64,000 bases of DNA from the human T2T-CHM13v2.0 reference genome, Homo sapiens: positions 61,472,001 to 61,536,000 of the forward strand of contig CP086569.2 in the NCBI GenBank assembly GCA_009914755.4, given 5' to 3'. Numbering within the stretch: the stretch's first letter is position 1; every line of letters starts with the position of its first letter. Positions 14,191-28,299 of the stretch are shown one piece after another. Both the position numbers and the translations under genes were made by a program. The notes below the pieces were generated by a model that saw nothing but the letters and a program-made list of their open reading frames with translations, was not told the DNA's origin and searched no databases.

Positions 14191-17100
14191 GGAATGGACT
14201 CGAAAGCAATGGAGTGGAATGGAACTTTCTTGAATGGACTGGAATCAAACGGAATGGAATGCAATGCAATCAAATGGCATGGAATAAAATAGAATGAAAG
14301 AGAATGAAATGGAATTGAATCGAATGGAATCGAATGGATTGGAAAGGAATAGAATGGAATGGAATGGAATTGACTCAAATGGAATGGACTAGAATGGAAT
14401 GGATTCGAATGGAAGGCAAAGGAATGGAATCTATTGGAATGGACTGTAATGGAATGGAATGGAAGGGATTGGAATGGACTCGAATGGAATGGACTGCAAT
14501 AGAAAGGATTCGAATGGAATGAAAAAGAATTGAATGGAATAGAACAGAATGGAATCAAATCGAATGAAATGGAATGGAATAGAAAGAAATGGAATGAAAT
14601 GAAATGGAAAGGATTCGAATGGAATGCAATCGAATGGAATGCAATCGAATGGAATGGAATCGAACGGAATGGAATAAAATGGAAGAAAACTGGCAAGAAA
14701 TGGAGTCGAAATGAATGGAGTGTTATGGAACCGAGTCAAAAGGAATTGAATGTAATAGAATGGAGTGGAGTGGACTCGAATATAATGGACTGGAATGGAA
14801 TGAAATCACATGGAATGGGAACGAATGGAATGGAATGGAAAGGAATGGAAACGAATGGAAAGGAATCGAATGGAAGGGAGTGAAATTGAATCAACAGGAA
14901 TGGAAGGGAGTAGAATAGACGGTAATGGAATGGACTCGAATAGAATGGACACGAATGCTCAAATTGAATGGACTCGAATGGAATGGAAACGAAAGGAATG
15001 TCATCGAATGGAATTGAATCGATTGGAATGAAATCGCATAGAATGGAGTGGAATCAAATGGAATTGAATCGAAAGGAAAGGAAGCGAATGGACTGAAATG
15101 AAATGGAATGGAATTGAATGGAAATTAATGCAATGGAATAGAATGGAACGAAATTTCACGGAATGGAATCAAACTGAATGGAATCAAATCAATGGAATAT
15201 AATCAAATGGAATGGAAAGGAATTGAATGGAGTAGATTGGATTGGATGGGATTGGAATGAAATGTACTGGAAAGGACTCGAATTTCACGAAACGGAATGG
15301 AATGAATTAGAACGGAATGGACTCGAATGGAATGGAATATCACGGAATGGCATCAAATGGAATGGAATCGAATGCGATGGAATGCTATGGAATGGAATGG
15401 AATGCATTGGAATGGAATGTCCTCTAATGGAATGTATTCGAGTGGAATGGAATCGAATATAATGGAGTCTAATGAAAGGGAATTGAAAGGAATGGGACCG
15501 AATACAATGGAATATACTGGAATGTAATGTAATGAACTCGAATGTAATTGACTGGAATGGAATGTACATGAATGGAATGTAATCGAATGGAAAGCAATCC
15601 AATGGAATAGAATCTAATGCAATAAAATCGACTCAAATAGAGTAGAATGTAATGGAATGGAGTGCAGTGCAATGGAATGGAATGGAATGTAATGCAATGG
15701 AATGGAATGGAATGGAATGGAATGGGATGGAATGGTATGGAATGGATAGTAATGGACTGGAGTGAAATGGACTGGAAAAGAATGGACTCAAATTGAAAGG
15801 GCTCGAAAGGAATGGAGTCAAATGGAATGGTCTGGAATGGAATGAACACGAATGTAATGCAATCCAATAGAATGGAATCGAATGGCATGGAATATAAAGA
15901 AATGGAATCGAAGAGAATGGAAACAAATGGAATGGAATTGAATGGAATGGAATTGAATGGAATGGGAACGAATGGAGTGAAATTGTATGCAGTAGAAGAG
16001 AATAGAATGGAATGCAAGCGAAAGGAAAGGAATGGATTGGAATGGAATGGAATTCATTGGAATGGAAGGGAATGTAGTGTAATGGACAGGCCTGGAATAA
16101 AGTGGAATGCTACGGTCTCGAATGGAATAAAAATGTATGGAATGGAATGCAATGAAACGGAATCGAATGTCATAGAATGTAATGGAATGCAAAAAAATGG
16201 ACTCCAAAATCATTGACTGGAAAGGCTGGGTGTCGAAAGGAATTGACTCCAATGGAATGGAATCGAATGGAATGGAAGTGAATAGAATGGAACTAAATCG
16301 AATGGAATGGAATTGATAGGAACGGAATGGAAAGGAATGCAATGATTTGGCATGGAATGGAATCGAATGGCATCGAATGGAATGGAATGGAATGCAATGG
16401 AATGGAATGTATTAGAATGTAATGAACTTTAATGGAATGAACTCGAATGGATTCGACTGGAATGGAATGTTCTCGAAGTGAATGGACTCCAATGGAATGG
16501 ATTCGAAAGGAATGGAATCTAATGGAATGGAATTAAATGGAAATGAATCAAATTGAATAGAACGGAATTGAATTGAATGGAATCGAATGCAATGGAATCT
16601 AATGAAACGGAAAGGAAAGGAATGGAATGGATTGGAATGGAATGGGCTGGAATGGAATGGAATCGAAACGAATGGAATGGAATCGAACTGAAGAGACTGG
16701 AATGGAATGCACTGGAATGGAAGGGAATGTAATGGAAGGTTCTCGAAAAAAATGGAATCGAAAGGAATGGAATTGAATGGAACGGAATAGAGTCGAATGG
16801 AATTCAATGGAATGGAATGGACTAGAGTGAAATGGAATCGAACCACAAGGAATGGACAGGAATAGAATGGTCTCGAATTGAATGGAATCGTATGGAATGG
16901 CATCAAACGGAATGGAATGGACAGCCACGGAATGGAATGCACTCGAATGCAATGGAGTCGACACTAATGGACTGGAATAGAATGGACTCGACTGGTACGG
17001 ACTCCAATGGAATGGAATCGAATGGAAGGGAATCGAACGGAATGGACTCGAAGGGAAAAGACTGCAATGGAAAGGTCTCGAATGGAATGGAAATTAATGG

Positions 17101-17724
17101 AATGGAATGGAATCGAATGAAATGGAGTCAAAAGGAATGGAATCGAATGGCAAGAAATCGAATGTAATGGAATCACAAGGAATGGATGGGAATGGAACGG
17201 AATGGAATGGAATCCAAAGGAATGGAATAGAATGGAATGGAATCGAATGGAAAGGACTCGAATGGAAATCACTCGAATAGAATGCAATTTAATAAAATAG
17301 GATCAAATGTAATGGAATGGAATGGAAAGGAATCGAAACGAAAGGAATGGAGACAGATGGAATGGAATGGAACAGAGAGCAATGGTATAGAATGGAATGG
17401 AATCATCTGGAATGGAATTGAATGGAATGGAATAATATGAAATGGAATGGAATGGAATGGAATGCCCTTGAATTAAATGGACTGGAATGGAATGGACTCG
17501 AACAGAGTGGAATGGAAAGTGTTGAAATAGAATGGAATGGACTCCTTTGGAATGGTCTAGTATGCAATGCAATCGACTGGCAGAGAATCAAGAGGAATGT
17601 AATCGAATGGAAAGGACTGGAATGCAATGGAATCGAATAGATTGGAAACGGAATGCAAAGGAATGGAATGGAATAGTATGGAATGGAATGGAAAGGAATG
17701 GAGTGGAATAGACTAGAGTGGAAT
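14191..17724 (+). repeat. HOR unit 5 (3534 bp)
   Basis: Anchor at 14191; next at 17725. Confidence 0.85.
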
Positions 17725-20700
17725 GGAATGGACTCGAAAGCAATGGACTGGAATGGAACTTTCTTGAATGGACTGGAATCAAACGGAATGGAATGCAATG
17801 CAATCAAATGGCATGGAATAAAATAGAATGAAAGAGAATCAAACGGAATTGAATCGAATGGAATCGAATGGATTGGAAAGGAATAGAATGGAATGGAATG
17901 GAATTGACTCAAATGGAATGGACTAGAATGGAATGGATTCGAATGGAAGGCAAAGGAATGGAATCTATTGGAATGGACTGTAATGGAATGGAATGTAAGG
18001 GATTGGAATGGACTCAAATGGAATGGACTGCAATAGAAAGGATTCGAATGGAATGAAAAAGAATTGAATGGAATAAAACAGAATGGAATCAAATCGAATG
18101 AAATGGAATGGAATAGAAAGGAATGGAAAGGATTCGAATGGAATGCAATCGAATGGAATGCAATCGAATGGAATGGAATCGAACGGAATGGAATAAAATG
18201 GAAGAAAACTGGCAAGAAATGGAATCGAAATGAATGGAAGTGTTATGGAACGGACTCATAAGGAATTGAATGTAATAGAATGGAGTGGAGTGGACTCGAA
18301 TATAATGGACTGGAATGGAATGAAATCACATGGAATGGGAACGAATGGAATGGAATGGAAAGGAATGGAATCGAATGGAAAGGAATTGAATGGAAGGGAA
18401 TGAAATTGAATCAACAGGAATGGAAGGGAATAGAATAGACGGTAATGGAATGGACTCGAATAGAATGGACACGAATGCTCAAATTTAATGGACTCGAATG
18501 GAATGGAAACGAAAGGAATGTCATCGAATGGAATTGAATCGATTGGAATGAAATGGCATAGAATGGAGTGGAATCAAATGGAATTGAATCGAAAGGAAAG
18601 GAAGCGAATGGACTGAAATGAAATGGAATGGAATGGAATAGAAAGTAATGCAGTGGAATAGAATGGAACGAAATTTCACGGAATGGAATCAAACTGAATG
18701 GAATCAAATCAATGGAATATAATCAAATGGAATGGAAAGGAATTGAATGGAGTAGATTGGATTGGATGGGATTGGAATGAAATTTACTGGACAGGACTCG
18801 AATTTCATGAAACGGAATGGAATGAATTGGAATGGAATGGACTCGAATGGAATGGAATGTCACGGAATGGCATCAAATGGAATGGAATCGAATGCAATGG
18901 AATGCTATGGAATGGAATGGAATGCATTGGAATGGAATGTCCTCTAATGGAATGGATTCGAGTGGAATGGAATCGAATATAATGGAGTCGAATGAAATGG
19001 AATTGAAAGGAATGGGATCCAATACAATGGAATATACTGGAATGTAATGTAATGAACTCGAATGTAATTGACTGGAATGGAATGTACATGAATGGTATGT
19101 AATCGAATGGAAAGTAATCCAATGGAATAAAATCTAATGCAATAAAATCGACTCATATAGAATAGAATGTAATGGAATGGAGTGCAGTGCAATGGAATGG
19201 AATGGAATGGAACGCAATGGAATGGAATGGAATTGAATGGAATGGGATGGAATGGTATGGAATGGATAGTAATGGACTGGAGTGAAATGGACTGGAAAGG
19301 AATGGACTTAAATTGAAAGGGCTCGAAAGGAATGGAGTCAAATGGAATGGTCTGGAATGGAGTGAATACGAATGTAATGCAATCCAATAGAATGGAATCG
19401 AATGGCATGGAATATAAAGAAATGGAATCGAAGAGAATGGAAACAAATGGAATGGAATTGAATGGAATGGAATTGAATGGAATGGGAACGAATGGAGTGA
19501 AATTGTATGCAGTAGAAGAGAATAGAATGGAATACAAGCGAAAGGAAAGGAATGGATAGGAATGGAATGGAATTCATTGGAATGGAAGGGAATGTAGTGT
19601 AATGGACAGGCCTGGAATAAAGTGGAATGCTACGGTCTCGAATGGAATAAAAATGTATGGAATGGAATGCAATGAAACGGAATCGAATGTCATAGAATGT
19701 AATGGAATGCAGAAAAATGGAATCCAAAATCATTGACTGGAAAGGCTGGGTGTCGAAAGGAATTGACTCCAATGGAATGGAATCGGATGGAATGGAAGTG
19801 AATAGAATCGAACTAAATCGAATGGAATTGAATTGATAGGAACGGAATACAAAGGAATGCAATGATTTGGCATGGAATGGAATCGAATGGCATCGAATGG
19901 AATGGAATGGAATGCAATGGAATGGAATGTACTAGAATGTAATGAACATTAATGGAATCTACTCGAATGGATTCTACTGGAATGGAATGTTCTGGAAGTG
20001 AATGGACTCCAATGGAATGGATTCGAAAGGAATGGAATCGAACGGAATGGAATCTAATGCAATGGAATTAAATGGAAAGGAATCAAATTGAATAGCACGG
20101 AATTGAATTGAATGGAATCGAATGCAATGGAATCTATTGAAACGGAAAGGAAAGGAATGGAATGGAATGGAATGGGCTGGAATGGAATGGAATCGAAACG
20201 AATGGAATGGAATCGAACTGAAGAGAATGGAAAGGAATGCACTGGAATGGAAGGGAGTGTAATGGAAGGTTCTCGAAAAAAATGGAATCGAAAGGAATGG
20301 AATTGAATGGAACGGAATAGAGTCGAATGGAATTCAATGGAATGGAATGGACTAGAGTGAAATGGAATCGAACCACAAGGAATGGACAGGAATAGAATGG
20401 TCTCGAATTGAATGGAATCGTATGGAATGGCATCAAACGGAATGGAATGGACAGCCACGGAATGGAATGCACTCGAATGCAATGGAGTCGACACTAATGG
20501 ACTGGAATAGAATGGACTCGACTGGTACGGACTCCAATGGAATGGAATCGAATGGAAGGGAATCGATCGGAATGGACTCGAAGGGAAAAGACTGCAATGG
20601 AAAGGTCTCGAATGGAATGGAAATTAATGGAATGGAATGGAATCGAATGAAATGGAGTCAAAAGGAATGGAATCGAATGGCAAGAAATCGAATGTAATGG

Positions 20701-21254
20701 AATCACAAGGAATGGATGTGAACGGAACGGAATGGAATGGAATCCAAAGGAATGGAATAGAATGGAATGGAATCGAATGGAAAGGACTCGAATGGAAATC
20801 ACTCGAATAGAATGCAATTTAATAAAATAGGATCAAATGTAATGGAATGGAATGGAAAGGAATCGAAACGAAAGGAATGGAGACAGATGGAATGGAATGG
20901 AACAGAGAGCAATGGTATAGAATGGAATGGAATCATCTGGAATGGAATTGAATGGAATGGAATAATATGAAATGGAATGGAATGGAATGGAATGCCCTTG
21001 AATTAAATGGACTGGAATGGAATGGACTCGAACAGAGTGGAATGGAAAGTGTTGAAATAGAATGGAATGGACTCCTTTGGAATGGTCTAGTATGCAATGC
21101 AATCGACTGGCAGAGAATCAAGAGGAATGTAATCGAATGGAAAGGACTGGAATGCAATGGAATCGAATAGATTGGAAACGGAATGCAAAGGAATGGAATG
21201 GAATAGTATGGAATGGAATGGAAAGGAATGGAGTGGAATAGACTAGAGTGGAAT
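17725..21254 (+). repeat. HOR unit 6 (3530 bp). First of three near-identical units.
   Basis: Anchor at 17725; next at 21255. Shares private variants with units 7 and 8: actcataagg in place of actcaaaagg around 18250, and a 15-bp deletion around 18120. Confidence 0.85.
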
Positions 21255-24200
21255 GGAATGGACTCGAAAGCAATGGACTGGAATGGAACTTTCTTGAATG
21301 GACTGGAATCAAACGGAATGGAATGCAATGCAATCAAATGGCATGGAATAAAATAGAATGAAAGAGAATCAAACGGAATTGAATCGAATGGAATCGAATG
21401 GATTGGAAAGGAATAGAATGGAATGGAATGGAATTGACTCAAATGGAATGGACTAGAATGGAATGGATTCGAATGGAAGGCAAAGGAATGGAATCTATTG
21501 GAATGGACTGTAATGGAATGGAATGTAAGGGATTGGAATGGACTCAAATGGAATGGACTGCAATAGAAAGGATTCGAATGGAATGAAAAAGAATTGAATG
21601 GAATAAAACAGAATGGAATCAAATCGAATGAAATGGAATGGAATAGAAAGGAATGGAAAGGATTCGAATGGAATGCAATCGAATGGAATGCAATCGAATG
21701 GAATGGAATCGAACGGAATGGAATAAAATGGAAGAAAACTGGCAAGAAATGGAATCGAAATGAATGGAAGTGTTATGGAACGGACTCATAAGGAATTGAA
21801 TGTAATAGAATGGAGTGGAGTGGACTCGAATATAATGGACTGGAATGGAATGAAATCACATGGAATGGGAACGAATGGAATGGAATGGAAAGGAATGGAA
21901 TCGAATGGAAAGGAATTGAATGGAAGGGAATGAAATTGAATCAACAGGAATGGAAGGGAATAGAATAGACGGTAATGGAATGGACTCGAATAGAATGGAC
22001 ACGAATGCTCAAATTTAATGGACTCGAATGGAATGGAAACGAAAGGAATGTCATCGAATGGAATTGAATCGATTGGAATGAAATGGCATAGAATGGAGTG
22101 GAATCAAATGGAATTGAATCGAAAGGAAAGGAAGCGAATGGACTGAAATGAAATGGAATGGAATGGAATAGAAAGTAATGCAATGGAATAGAATGGAACG
22201 AAATTTCACGGAATGGAATCAAACTGAATGGAATCAAATCAATGGAATATAATCAAATGGAATGGAAAGGAATTGAATGGAGTAGATTGGATTGGATGGG
22301 ATTGGAATGAAATTTACTGGACAGGACTCGAATTTCATGAAACGGAATGGAATGAATTGGAATGGAATGGACTCGAATGGAATGGAATGTCACGGAATGG
22401 CATCAAATGGAATGGAATCGAATGCAATGGAATGCTATGGAATGGAATGGAATGCATTGGAATGGAATGTCCTCTAATGGAATGGATTCGAGTGGAATGG
22501 AATCGAATATAATGGAGTCGAATGAAATGGAATTGAAAGGAATGGGATCCAATACAATGGAATATACTGGAATGTAATGTAATGAACTCGAATGTAATTG
22601 ACTGGAATGGAATGTCCATGAATGGTATGTAATCGAATGGAAAGTAATCCAATGGAATAAAATCTAATGCAATAAAATCGACTCAAATAGAATAGAATGT
22701 AATGGAATGGAGTGCAGTGCAATGGAATGGAATGGAATGGAACGCAATGGAATGGAATGGGATGGAATGGTATGGAATGGATAGTAATGGACTGGAGTGA
22801 AATGGACTGGAAAGGAATGGACTTAAATTGAAAGGGCTCGAAAGGAATGGAGTCAAATGGAATGGTCTGGAATGGAGTGAACACGAATGTAATGCAATCC
22901 AATAGAATGGAATCGAATGGCATGGAATATAAAGAAATGGAATCGAAGAGAATGGAAACAAATGGAATGGAATTGAATGGAATGGAATTGAATGGAATGG
23001 GAACGAATGGAGTGAAATTGTATGCAGTAGAAGAGAATAGAATGGAATACAAGCGAAAGGAGAGGAATGGATAGGAATGGAATGGAATTCATTGGAATGG
23101 AAGGGAATGTAGTGTAATGGACAGGCCTGGAATAAAGTGGAATGCTACGGTCTCGAATGGAATAAAAATGTATGGAATGGAATGCAATGAAACGGAATCG
23201 AATGTCATAGAATGTAATGGAATGCAGAAAAATGGAATCCAAAATCATTGACTGGAAAGGCTGGGTGTCGAAAGGAATTGACTCCAATGGAATGGAATCG
23301 GATGGAATGGAAGTGAATAGAATCGAACTAAATCGAATGGAATTGAATTGATAGGAACGGAATGCAAAGGAATGCAATGATTTGGCATGGAATGGAATCG
23401 AATGGCATCGAATGGAATGGAATGGAATGCAATGGAATGGAATGTACTAGAATGTAATGAACATTAATGGAATCTACTCGAATGGATTCTACTGGAATGG
23501 AATGTTCTGGAAGTGAATGGACTCCAATGGAATGGATTCGAAAGGAATGGAATCGAACGGAATGGAATCTAATGCAATGGAATTAAATGGAAAGGAATCA
23601 AATTGAATAGCACGGAATTGAATTGAATGGAATCGAATGCAATGGAATCTAATGAAACGGAAAGGAAAGGAATGGAATGGAATGGAATGGGCTGGAATGG
23701 AATGGAATCGAAACGAATGGAATGGAATCGAACTGAAGAGAATGGAATGGAATGCACTGGAATGGAAGGGAGTGTAATGGAAGGTTCTCGAAAAAAATGG
23801 AATCGAAAGGAATGGAATTGAATGGAACGGAATAGAGTCGAATGGAATTCAATGGAATGGAATGGAATAGAGTGAAATGGAATCGAACCACAAGGAATGG
23901 ACAGGAATAGAATGGTCTCGAATTGAATGGAATCGTATGGAATGGCATCAAACGGAATGGAATGGACAGCCACGGAATGGAATGCACTCGAATGCAATGG
24001 AGTCGACACTAATGGACTGGAATAGAATGGACTCGACTGGTACGGACTCCAATGGAATGGAATCGAATGGAAGGGAATCGAACGGAATGGACTCGAAGGG
24101 AAAAGACTGCAATGGAAAGGTCTCGAATGGAATGGAAATTAATGGAATGGAATGGAATCGAATGAAATGGAGTCAAAAGGAATGGAATCGAATGGCAAGA

Positions 24201-24769
24201 AATCGAATGTAATGGAATCACAAGGAATGGATGTGAACGGAACGGAATGGAATGGAATCCAAAGGAATGGAATAGAATGGAATGGAATCGAATGGAAAGG
24301 ACTCGAATGGAAATCACTCGAATAGAATGCAATTTAATAAAATAGGATCAAATGTAATGGAATGGAATGGAAAGGAATCGAAATGAAAGGAATGGAGACA
24401 GATGGAATGGAATGGAAGAGAGAGCAATGGTATAGAATGGAATGGAATCATCTGGAATGGAATTGAATGGAATGGAATAATATGAAATGGAATGGAATGG
24501 AATGGAATGCCCTTGAATTAAATGGACTGGAATGGAATGGACTCGAACAGAGTGGAATGGAAAGTGTTGAAATAGAATGGAATGGACTCCTTTGGAATGG
24601 TCTAGTATGCAATGCAATCGACTGGCAGAGAATCAAGAGGAATGTAATCGAATGGAAAGGACTGGAATGCAATGGAATCGAATAGATTGGAAACGGAATG
24701 CAAAGGAATGGAATGGAATAGTATGGAATGGAATGGAAAGGAATGGAGTGGAATAGACTAGAGTGGAAT
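21255..24769 (+). repeat. HOR unit 7 (3515 bp). Near-identical to units 6 and 8.
   Basis: Anchor at 21255; next at 24770. The extra 15 bp of shortening comes from contraction of the pure pentamer tract around 22735–22770. Confidence 0.85.
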
Positions 24770-27700
24770 GGAATGGACTCGAAAGCAATGGACTGGAATG
24801 GAACTTTCTTGAATGGACTGGAATCAAACGGAATGGAATGCAATGCAATCAAATGGCATGGAATAAAATAGAATGAAAGAGAATCAAACGGAATTGAATC
24901 GAATGGAATCGAATGGATTGGAAAGGAATAGAATGGAATGGAATGGAATTGACTCAAATGGAATGGACTAGAATGGAATGGATTCGAATGGAAGGCAAAG
25001 AAATGGAATCTAGTGGAATGGACTGTAATGGAATGGAATGTAAGGGATTGGAATGGACTCAAATGGAATGGACTGCAATAGAAAGGATTCGAATGGAATG
25101 AAAAAGAATTGAATGGAATAAAACAGAATGGAATCAAATCGAATGAAATGGAATGGAATAGAAAGGAATGGAAAGGATTCGAATGGAATGCAATCGAATG
25201 GAATGCAATCGAATGGAATGGAATCGAACGGAATGGAATAAAATGGAAGAAAACTGGCAAGAAATGGAATCGAAATGAATGGAAGTGTTATGGAACGGAC
25301 TCATAAGGAATTGAATGTAATAGAATGGAGTGGAGTGGACTCGAATATAATGGACTGGAATGGAATGAAATCACATGGAATGGGAACGAATGGAATGGAA
25401 TGGAAAGGAATGGAATCGAATGGAAAGGAATTGAATGGAAGGGAATGAAATTGAATCAACAGGAATGGAAGGGAATAGAATAGACGGTAATGGAATGGAC
25501 TCGAATAGAATGGACACGAATGCTCAAATTTAATGGACTCGAATGGAATGGAAACGAAAGGAATGTCATCGAATGGAATTGAATCGATTGGAATGAAATG
25601 GCATAGAATGGAGTGGAATCAAATGGAATTGAATCGAAAGGAAAGGAAGCGAATGGACTGAAATGAAATGGAATGGAATGGAATAGAAAGTAATGCAATG
25701 GAATAGAATGGAACGAAATTTCACGGAATGGAATCAAACTGAATGGAATCAAATCAATGGAATATAATCAAATGGAATGGAAAGGAATTGAATGGAGTAG
25801 ATTGGATTGGATGGGATTGGAATGAAATTTACTGGACAGGACTCGAATTTCATGAAACGGAATGGAATGAATTGGAATGGAATGGACTCGAATGGAATGG
25901 AATGTCACGGAATGGCATCAAATGGAATGGAATCGAATGCAATGGAATGCTATGGAATGGAATGGAATGCATTGGAATGGAATGTCCTCTAATGGAATGG
26001 ATTCGAGTGGAATGGAATCGAATATAATGGAGTCGAATGAAATGGAATTGAAAGGAATGGGATCCAATACAATGGAATATACTGGAATGTAATGTAATGA
26101 ACTCGAATGTAATTGACTGGAATGGAATGTACATGAATGGTATGTAATCGAATGGAAAGTAATCCAATGGAATAAAATCTAATGCAATAAAATCGACTCA
26201 AATAGAATAGAATGTAATGGAATGGAGTGCAGTGCAATGGAATGGAATGGAATGGAACGCAATGGAATGGAATGGAATTGAATGGAATGGGATGGAATGG
26301 TATGGAATGGATAGTAATGGACTGGAGTGAAATGGACTGGAAAGGAATGGACTTAAATTGAAAGGGCTCGAAAGGAATGGAGTCAAATGGAATGGTCTGG
26401 AATGGAGTGAATACGAATGTAATGCAATCCAATAGAATGGAATCGAATGGCATGGAATATAAAGAAATGGAATCGAAGAGAATGGAAACAAATGGAATGG
26501 AATTGAATGGAATGGAATTGAATGGAATGGGAACGAATGGAGTGAAATTGTATGCAGTAGAAGAGAATAGAATGGAATACAAGCGAAAGGAGAGGAATGG
26601 ATAGGAATGGAATGGAATTCATTGGAATGGAAGGGAATGTAGTGTAATGGACAGGCCTGGAATAAAGTGGAATGCTACGGTCTCGAATGGAATAAAAATG
26701 TATGGAATGGAATGCAATGAAACGGAATCGAATGTCATAGAATGTAATGGAATGCAGAAAAATGGAATCCAAAATCATTGACTGGAAAGGCTGGGTGTCG
26801 AAAGGAATTGACTCCAATGGAATGGAATCGGATGGAATGGAAGTGAATAGAATCGAACTAAATCGAATGGAATTGAATTGATAGGAACGGAATGCAAAGG
26901 AATGCAATGATTTGGCATGGAATGGAATCGAATGGCATCGAATGGAATGGAATGGAATGCAATGGAATGGAATGTACTAGAATGTAATGAACATTAATGG
27001 AATCTACTCGAATGGATTCTACTGGAATGGAATGTTCTGGAAGTGAATGGACTCCAATGGAATGGATTCGAAAGGAATGGAATCGAACGGAATGGAATCT
27101 AATGCAATGGAATTAAATGGAAAGGAATGAAATTGAATAGCACGGAATTGAATTGAATGGAATCGAATGCAATGGAATCTAATGAAACGGAAAGGAAAGG
27201 AATGGAATGGAATGGAATGGGCTGGAATGGAATGGAATCGAAACGAATGGAATGGAATCGAACTGAAGAGAATGGAATGGAATGCACTGGAATGGAAGGG
27301 AGTGTAATGGAAGGTTCTCGAAAAAAATGGAATCGAAAGGAATGGAATTGAATGGAACGGAATAGAGTCGAATGGAATTCAATGGAATGGAATGGACTAG
27401 AGTGAAATGGAATCGAACCACAAGGAATGGACAGGAATAGAATGGTCTCGAATTGAATGGAATCGTATGGAATGGCATCAAACGGAATGGAATGGACAGC
27501 CACGGAATGGAATGCACTCGAATGCAATGGAGTCGACACTAATGGACTGGAATAGAATGGACTCGACTGGTACGGACTCCAATGGAATGGAATCGAATGG
27601 AAGGGAATCGAACGGAATGGACTCGAAGGGAAAAGACTGCAATGGAAAGGTCTCGAATGGAATGGAAATTAATGGAATGGAATGGAATCGAATGAAATGG

Positions 27701-28299
27701 AGTCAAAAGGAATGGAATCGAATGGCAAGAAATCGAATGTAATGGAATCACAAGGAATGGATGTGAACGGAACGGAATGGAATGGAATCCAAAGGAATGG
27801 AATAGAATGGAATGGAATCGAATGGAAAGGACTCGAATGGAAATCACTCGAATAGAATGCAATTTAATAAAATACGATCAAATGTAATGGAATGGAATGG
27901 AAAGGAATCGAAACGAAAGGAATGGAGACAGATGGAATGGAATGGAACAGAGAGCAATGGTATAGAATGGAATGGAATCATCTGGAATGGAATTGAATGG
28001 AATGGAATAATATGAAATGGAATGGAATGGAATGGAATGCCCTTGAATTAAATGGACTGGAATGGAATGGACTCGAACAGAGTGGAATGGAAAGTGTTGA
28101 AATAGAATGGAATGGACTCCTTTGGAATGGTCTAGTATGCAATGCAATCGACTGGCAGAGAATCAAGAGGAATGTAATCGAATGGAAAGGACTGGAATGC
28201 AATGGAATCGAATAGATTGGAAACGGAATGCAAAGGAATGGAATGGAATAGTATGGAATGGAATGGAAAGGAATGGAGTGGAATAGACTAGAGTGGAAT
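24770..28299 (+). repeat. HOR unit 8 (3530 bp). Near-identical to units 6 and 7.
   Basis: Anchor at 24770; next at 28300. Confidence 0.85.
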
